The position numbers and the translations under genes were made by a program. Below are positions 35,011 through 43,109 of a stretch of 43,109 nt of DNA, piece by piece (the first letter of the stretch is position 1; each line of letters begins with the position of its first letter). This DNA comes from Octopus bimaculoides (Eukaryota), in assembly GCF_001194135.2 (NCBI RefSeq), contig NC_068989.1:48623832-48666940 (forward strand). The letters are read 5' to 3'. The notes under the pieces were generated by a model. It ran no database searches, had not been told where the DNA came from, and saw nothing but the letters and a program-made list of their open reading frames with translations.

Positions 35011-36291
35011 TACCATTATTTTTCATGATGTTTCATATTTAGATGCTTTTATTAAATTCATTCAGTTGTTAAACATAAATAAATTTTGGAATTATATATG
35101 GGACTATATATAGTCATTGGTGCATACAGACATAGTTCACAGTAGGAGAGCACAATCTTTGGTGCATTTCTAGTAAGATCTTATAATCTCATCAAAGTTT
35201 TTCTTACATTTCTCATTAATTTATAAATAGATATTAGTACAAAATATTTTTAGTTCCTATTAATGTATAATGTGAATAAATTGAATAAAGTACTACTGCA
35301 GCTAAATTTTGTTTCCATTCTCTAGAAAAACCATAATTATCTCCTAAAATATCGATGCTATGCAATTTTCAAGGTTAGTTTTGAAATCAAGAGAATAAAA
35401 CTACCTTAGAAACATTAAAAACATTTAGAGAAGCAAAGTTTGTGTTACCCAGTGTAATCAAACAAATAGGTAAGTAGATATAGATATTTAAAAAAAAAAA
35501 AACTAAAAATAATCTAAAAGTTTACAGATTCTTGAGGACTTTTCTTATTTTATACTTAGTTGTGGCTGAAACTAAAGAAAATTGAATTCTAATGATATTT
35601 TATTAGATTAATTAAGATTTTAAAATATCTCAGTTACAGGTTGTTAGAATACTGAATTATTTACAACCAAAGGTAAATTTACATCATCAAACAAATTGTG
35701 AATTAAGTTGAATTAAGATGATTGAGTAGGAGGTGAAAGATATGGATGTGTGTGAAAGAGAGAAGGGTGGGGAAGGAGAAAGAAAAAGAGAGAAAGAAGA
35801 AGGTATAGGAGAGAAATGATTTCTTTAAGTCTTGTATATTCATCGGCATGTATGTTACATTCAAAGTAACTGATTCCAAATTTGGCAATCGGTGCCACTG
35901 GATGATGGCCAGTTTGTAATAGCCATCCCACCTATCTACTTATAAGTAACAACATTTCAATTAGAACTGCCAAGATGCAGAATTTAGCAGAGAGAACAAT
36001 CATTTAAAAGCCATTAGCAACCCTTGTCTGTCTTCCAAAATAAGACGAAAAGAGGAAAAATAAAATACAAGACAACTAAACAAAGAAAGAAAGAGAAGCA
36101 CACAGTTACTGGTCATAGCTGACCTGTCCAAACACCTCCGGTATTTATTGAACTGTTGAAATAGCTCGATCCATGAATAATAAGAAGCTGCTAGGGTTAC
36201 GGTCAAATACTGGAGAGATTGGTTTAAGTTACCTCTTTTTAGAATACTTTTCATTTATTCATAACTTGAGCTACATAAGAATACCAACTGA

Positions 36292-36293
36292 GC

Positions 36294-36353
<60 letters not shown>

Positions 36354-36791
36354 AGAGAGAGAGAGAGAAAGGGGGAGAAAAAGAAAAATGAAATGGAAAA
36401 TGTTAAACCCATTAATAGTGGTATTTACTGAGAAATAGAGGCAACGAAAAATCCCCAAATGAAAGACAATGTAGAAATAAGAAAGATGGGAACACATTGA
36501 TTATGTATAAGAATGCATTTATGTGCACACATATGCATATACAAACCCACAGGTCCTGATTAATAATGCAAAGACTATTCAAATAAGGAAAGAGCACAAT
36601 GCTGTACTTTTTCAATTTTGAATAATGCTCACATACACATATGAGAGAGAATAAGAGGGATAGATGGGAGAGAGAGAGAGAGAGAGAGAGAGAGGTGGAA
36701 GAGAGAAATGGGGAGGGAAAATGGTGAAGAAGGCAGAAGTTCTAGACATAATTTCAGTTACATCTAAACAGGCATTTTATGGAAGAAAATG

Positions 36792-36825
<34 letters not shown>

Positions 36826-37079
36826 AAAATGTGTGTGTGTGTGTGTGCATGCACATATAAGTACACATATATGAATATACAGAGAAATGTTAATAATCTT
36901 CCTAGAGAAATTTAGGAATAACAACAAACCATTTACTGATGAGAGATGCTCAATAGATTCAAATTTATTATAAAGTTTGTTTTGACTGGTATAATAAGTT
37001 CCATCTCACTGTCTATTTAACCAGACTAGTTCAACAAGACATCAAGTGGAACTTCTCAGACAAAACAAATTTTATATGT

Positions 37080-37132
<53 letters not shown>

Positions 37133-37674
37133 TACACGTAGCAGAAATGGATTAGAAATGCAAACATGTAAAAGCAAGGACACAAAAAAAAAAAGTCCCC
37201 TCGTCAGCTGGCAACTGAATGTCATGGCAATTTCAGCACCTTCTGATAAAAGTGCTCAATCCAGTGGCTGAAATAGCTTCTGTTGAAGTGCTGGGGTACT
37301 TGATAAGTATAAATCCTTTAATATAATGACAGCTGCGTCCATCTATCCAAAGCTATCAGTAATTAGATAGAGCAAAAGAGAAGGTGAATGGAATAGAAAG
37401 AGAGTGAAATAAAAAAGAAAGAAGGAAAGAAACAAAACATGAAAAGGATATTGAGGAGGAGCATCAGTCCATAACGAAGGAAAGGATGATAATGAGAGAG
37501 AAAAAACAATAGTAGAGTTAGAGAGAGAGAGGGAGGGAGATAAAGAAGTAGAGTTGAGAAGGGGAGAGACAGAGAGAGAGACACAAAGAGATAGAACATA
37601 TGCATATGTAAAAGGAATGTATGTGATTCTGTGTGCGTGTGTACAATGGAAATGTAAGAGAATATTGAACACTG

Positions 37675-37724
<50 letters not shown>

Positions 37725-38112
37725 GGGAAGTATATAAATGTTTGTATGTATGAAACAGCGTTTGTCGTCAAAATGAAACTGAGTGTTTTTCCTTCTTCTT
37801 TCACTGTTTTGAAATTTTATTTCATATCATAAATTGTAACTGAAACATAATCCATCGTTTTGAATGAAATATTTGCTTTGATAATGATAAAAGGAGAAAA
37901 TGTCATACATAGAAGAAAAAAACAATGATAATATTCCTTTTCTTCCTTCAAGTTTATTTTAAGTTCTTGCCGAGTGTCTTCCCGGCACCTACAGCAAATA
38001 AACCCATTGTGTACATCGATAAGTCACACACCAAATTGTTCAATCCTTACAATAATGACAGCCATGTATGTCCGTTTTGTTCCGTTTGTCCGAAGCTTTT
38101 CATAATTCGAGA

Positions 38113-38190
<78 letters not shown>
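36292..38190. repeat. Cluster of (AG)n, (CA)n and (TG)n microsatellites
   Basis: Tracts at about 36292-36370, 36668-36692, 36793-36850, 37081-37130, 37676-37720 and 38108-38190. Confidence 0.95.
37953..38065 (+). CDS. Candidate internal coding exon of a plus-strand gene, product unknown
   Basis: Strong acceptor TTCCTTTTCTTCCTTCAAG| and donor CAT|GTATGT; 113 nt, phase 1-0; xYFKFLPSVFPAPTANKPIVYIDKSHTKLFNPYNNDSH; several CpGs retained. Confidence 0.4.
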
Positions 38191-38193
<3 letters not shown>

Positions 38194-38729
38194 GACAGAC
38201 AGAAAGACAAGCTGCTGGTATTAAGGAAAATGGAAAATGAATTAAATAGAGAGAGAAAGCGAAAGAAAGAAAAGAATAGCTCTGTCCATGTATCTCTCTC
38301 TGCCTCATGCTGCCATGTAATCTCTGTTTGAATTCTTTTTCCTATCATGCTTGCCGATGCAAAATGTCTAAAACAGCTTTTACTCTAATGCTTCATGAAA
38401 ATAGTGATTCAAAAGTGTTTCCAGGAGTTGGTGTAATTCTTAATATTTACCGTTACATGTGGGTACCGTTTCAATAGCTCTGTCAACGTTTTTGTTATAC
38501 TTTTTAATGTTCTTTCATTCATTCGTATTTGTGAGTCTCAGATAAAAACAACATGTATGTGTGTGTGCATGCACGCGCATGTAAGTATGTGTGTGAATAT
38601 TTGTGAGAAAGTTTGGTTAATTTTATAACTCATGCTGTGTAAATAAGATACCAATATTGTCATCATAATACAATCGCCTGTCTCACTATTATGTTTTTAT
38701 TTTCATACTATTCTATTTAATTAACATTT

Positions 38730-40092
38730 GTCCATGGAAGAGTAATGGTCCAATTATAGAAGAACTGCAAAATGTTTGAGTCAGCAATTATGAAGATTGA
38801 GGCAAACTCAAGAACAGAAGGAAGAGCCACGTAAAAGGAACACAGAAAGACAGCATCAGCTCCGTTTAGTGCAGTCACAGGAGCGAAGGAAGCAAATTTT
38901 AGAACAAGATGCTACTGTCACAAGAACAACATGAGCAGATTTTAGAACAAAATGCAGCACAACACAGAAGACGTCAGCAAATCAATAATAGGCTGACTCT
39001 TAGTATAGCTCGACAATATGATATAGATGGACTTCTACAAGTTCCCGTTGATGTTGCTCACCATAGTTGTGGCCTCATGGAAGTGCGTTGCCACCACTGC
39101 AATGCTTTGATGTCTATTGGAGAGTATATAGGAGGAACAATGAACAATCTCAGTTTTGGTATATGCTGTAAATCAGGAATGATAAAAATTGAAAATATGT
39201 GTCATCGTTAACTAGTTGAAGCACTGAATCAAACACTGAAGGATATAATGAACAACGACTTTATCTTTGGCGGCAAATTGATAATTTTAGGTGGTGATTT
39301 CTGTCAAATTCTTCCAGTGTATTGAAAGGTCTTCTCTAATTGGAGCATGTTTGAAAAAATCCGTAATTTGGCATAAATGCGAAGTACTTCCTCTCACCAC
39401 TAATATGAGAGTGCAAAACTGTCTCACCAATAATGATACCACCTCTCAAGCTCGACTGGCATATCATTCTGTTTGGTTATTGCAAGTTGGTGATGGAAGA
39501 ATTCCCAACATTCAAAGACAATGATATGATGATGTAATAGAGATTCCTCAGCAATTTCAAGTCAACAGCAAGGAGGATTTGATCAACCATGTCTATGAAA
39601 ATTTAGAGGTTAATTTTAACAATGCTCAATGGTTATCATCACGAGCAATATTAACAACAAAGAATAAAGAAGTTGACAATCTAAATAACCACATAAGCCA
39701 GAAATTTCCAGGTGAGACATATACTCTGAGGAGTATTGATTCCATTGCCGAAGATTAACAACCTGCACTCTATCTTCCTGAATTCCTGAATTCTCTTAAT
39801 ATAAGTGGCATGCCACCTCACATTATCAAAGTAAAAACGGGTGTTCCTATAATGTTGCTAAGAAACTTAGATCAGAGAAATGGGTGTTGCAATGGCACAC
39901 ATTATTGAGTGTTATCGGAGTCAGATAATATGATCACTGCAAGTAAAATAACTGGTGTTAATGGAGGATGCACATTTTCGACTCCCTGCATTAATCAGCA
40001 ACCATCTGATACTAATTTACCCTTTACTTTGAAAAGACATCAATTTCCAGTGTGACCTGCTTTTGTGATGTCTATAAACAAAAGTCAAGGAC
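38730..40092 (+). mobile_element. Internally deleted Helitron: N-terminal repeat and zinc-finger region joined to the C-terminal two thirds of the PIF1 helicase
   Basis: Q/E/R-rich repeats, then CGLMEVRCHHCNA...FGICCKSGMIKIE joined to NMCHRxLVEALNQTLKDI..FGGKLIILGGDFCQILPV, LTTNMRV, WLLQVGDG, SRAILTTKNKEVD, PEFLNSLNISGMPPH, IMLLRNLDQRNGCCNGT and PFTLKRHQFPV..AFVMSINKSQG. Multiple stops. Confidence 0.92.
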
Positions 40093-40294
40093 GAAGAATA
40101 CAGGAAAGGAAGAGGTAAAACAGAAGTGGCATGTTGATGTCTGGCAAAGGAAATAACAAGAAAAAGTAACAGAAAAACAATAGCACATAGAGGAGAGAAG
40201 ACAGCAAAAAGTCTGATGACATTCCTGAAAAATAGGAGATATGCTAAAACAGACCAACAAAAGTGCTACTGGGTCTTTTGAAGAGCGAAAAGTT

Positions 40295-40347
<53 letters not shown>

Positions 40348-40438
40348 ACATACACACACATGCATATTTTAATATACAAAAGTAAATGTATGTTTAAAGT
40401 TGCAGGCCCTAGTTTTTCACGTACAATGCTGAAATTTT

Positions 40439-40609
40439 GCATAAGGGCATATGTTTTTAAGGTCATAGACTATGTAACCTTTTATGAAATTTGTTCCTTT
40501 TGACTAATGTATATAACCCAAAGCATAAGGGCATATGCTTTTAAGGTCATAGACTATGCAACCGTTTGTGAAATTTGTTCATTTTGACGAATGAATATAA
40601 CCCCAAGCA
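40439..40609 (+). repeat. 84-bp tandem duplication (2 copies)
   Basis: GCATAAGGGCATATG(T/C)TTTTAAGGTCATAGACTATG... starts at 40439 and at 40523. Confidence 0.9.
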
Positions 40610-40779
40610 CACAATACTTATTGTAAAAATTTACTGATTAGAAAAATAATATCTTTAGAGTAATTATATCAGTAAGAAGATAAAACTGCAGCTATATTCA
40701 TCTACTGTTATACCAACAACCATCTACACTTGTGAAACCTGGAAAAAGGCAGCAAAAATCTATTAATTACTTGATATAT

Positions 40780-41140
40780 TCCATTGATGTTGACTATGTT
40801 CAGTTCTGGGCATCTCTTATTAGGACTGAGTGAGAAACAAACAGGTGATCAGAAGAGCTGGTATGAGAAGTTTGCAGGACATGGTGACCAAGTGACAAAT
40901 ATAGTTTACTGGCCATGTGCTTTGATTACTAGAGGAGAGACATGTTACTATCATGATGGAATGGATGCTGGAAGGAAGAAAATAGCTGAAAGACAAAGAT
41001 TGAGGAAAACGTAGTACAGTATATTCTGGGATGACATGAGAGCCATGGACACTGGCCCAAGTGGAATCAGGATGAAGGTGAGCAATCAGGATGTCTGGAG
41101 AAGGCTTGATGCCCATCTTACAGCTAAGAGAAGGATGTAA
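40780..41140 (+). mobile_element. Old RTE-clade LINE 3' fragment (different subfamily from 10692-11665)
   Basis: KFAGHG, MEWMLEGRK and ...FWDDMRAMDTGPSGIRMKVSNQDVWRRL resemble the RTE C-terminus (GHxxR...GRPxxTWxDxxxxD...R..WR). Confidence 0.55.
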
Positions 41141-41425
41141 TTTAGTACACTATTTTTTTTTGTTTTTTGTTTGATTTCAGTTCTCAGTTTTCTCTTTGTT
41201 TTTTATCCAGAATTTTTTTTTTAATGTAAGAGTTAAAATTTATACTCAGTTCTATAATTGTTTCCTTTTTGTGCATTTTTATAAATCCTGACATAAACCA
41301 TCTTCTGAATTGCTTGAATGCAACAATTCTAAATTTTCAATTTCTTTTCAAAGCAATTTAATCAAAATACAGTGAATTCATATGATCATATTTATTTTAC
41401 ATATTAAACTAGGAAATGTCAGGTA

Positions 41426-41459
<34 letters not shown>

Positions 41460-41699
41460 NNNNNNNNNNNNNNNNNNNNNNNNNNNNNNNNNNNNNNNNN
41501 NNNNNNNNNNNNNNNNNNNNNNNNNNNNNNNNNNNNNNNNNNNNNNNNNNNNNNNNNNNNNNNNNNNNNNNNNNNNNNNNNNNNNNNNNNNNNNNNNNNN
41601 NNNNNNNNNNNNNNNNNNNNNNNNNNNNNNNNNNNNNNNNNNNNNNNNNNNNNNNNNNNNNNNNNNNNNNNNNNNNNNNNNNNNNNNNNNNNNNNNNNN

Positions 41700-41745
<46 letters not shown>
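41426..41745. other. Assembly gap (N 41460-41699) between (TG)n and (TA)n
   Basis: Seen directly. Confidence 0.98.
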
Positions 41746-41748
<3 letters not shown>

Positions 41749-42809
41749 GTTATTTTATTGTTTCATGCATTCACTACCTTTTTTTTTTCTTGTTAAACAT
41801 TGGATCTATGAGTCTACTGTATTGTTGTTATTTGAACTTCTGACACATGCGCCTTCAGTCACTTTCAGATTGATTTCAGTTCTCAGTTTTCTCTTTGTAT
41901 CTATGCTATATTTTGATTTATTTAATTCTTTACTGTATTTTGCATAAATATTATTCATTAATAGTAATTTTTTTCTATGTGCTATATGAGTTTGAATGTT
42001 TAGGGACATTGAACACTATGCATACACATAAATGATGTCTCAAAGTATATAACACAAAGTATATAACTCAAAGTATATAACACAAATCTAAATGTTAAAT
42101 TCATGCTGAATTAATGAACAAATTGTTGACAATTTAAGTATACTTAGCAAATATTGAAACTGTTCAAAACCAGCCCTCACAGGAAAAATATATATACATA
42201 CTATTGATGAAAAGCAAACAAAAATAAAATAATGATACTGATTTGAATAAATATACAATAGAGACAGAAGGAAAAAAAAAACAGTGAATGGAATCTGAAA
42301 TTGACTAAAGGCTCTTGTGTCAAAAGTTGCCGGTTGTATTTCTATTGGGAGCCAAGCACACAAAAGAGTTTACTGACAATTTTAATAGATTGACAAAGTT
42401 CAAACAGAAACAACATTGCAGATCCACAGGGCCAAAATTTTAAATGCAAAAAGAAACCCCAACACAAATTATATGTATTAAACTAACATACTTAGAGTTT
42501 TTGATATCTAAGAATAGACACAAACATTGGGAACAGAAAAAGAAATTACAAAATGGGAAAGAATAGAAAGATCAATCAATACAAGGCTTACAAAAAGTCA
42601 CCAGTATCTAACTTTCAACAGATGCCATGGAATTGTGTCAGTCACCAGGGTTGCAGAAATGCAACAAAAATTGACTGTACTATTAAGAAATAAATGGAAA
42701 AATGAATGTAACTGTTTTGCTGTGTTTTTAAAAGGCTAAAATAACTCTTTTATAATTTAACTGTTTCAACACATGGTCTCAGATCAAGTCTCTTGCTAAA
42801 GAAGTACAA

Positions 42810-43109
<300 letters not shown>

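Noticed and set aside
36922-36982. CTGATGA-GAG-ATG-CTC suggesting a hammerhead
   Set aside because: The GAAA core is absent and the flanking helices are AT-only pairings expected by chance.

Overview
AT-rich, microsatellite-dense eukaryotic genomic DNA with four N gaps. It is mostly intronic or intergenic sequence filled with transposon remnants. The repeat families look like those of octopus (coleoid cephalopod) genomes; this is an inference from recognising the repeats, not a database result. Only one host exon is well supported: 5248-5374 on the minus strand, a glutamate carboxypeptidase II / NAALADase / transferrin-receptor-like (M28, PA-domain) exon. Several other short spliceable ORFs on both strands remain unassigned candidates. 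Mobile elements found: two R4/Dong-clade RLE retrotransposon pieces on either side of an (AAT)n tract; an ORF1-only zinc-knuckle retroelement with a 10-bp candidate TSD and no ORF2; RTE and CR1/Jockey-type LINE fragments; tRNA-derived SINEs (one young copy with a 13-bp TSD); a 5' half mariner; several MITEs; and two differently deleted Helitrons. The best leads for something undescribed are the ORF1-only (HAL1-like) element, a degenerate hammerhead-like fold between 299-nt-spaced direct repeats, and several fold-back structures. No prokaryotic-type system, CRISPR array, rRNA or true tRNA gene was seen. Most ORFs in the supplied track are microsatellite or gap artefacts.
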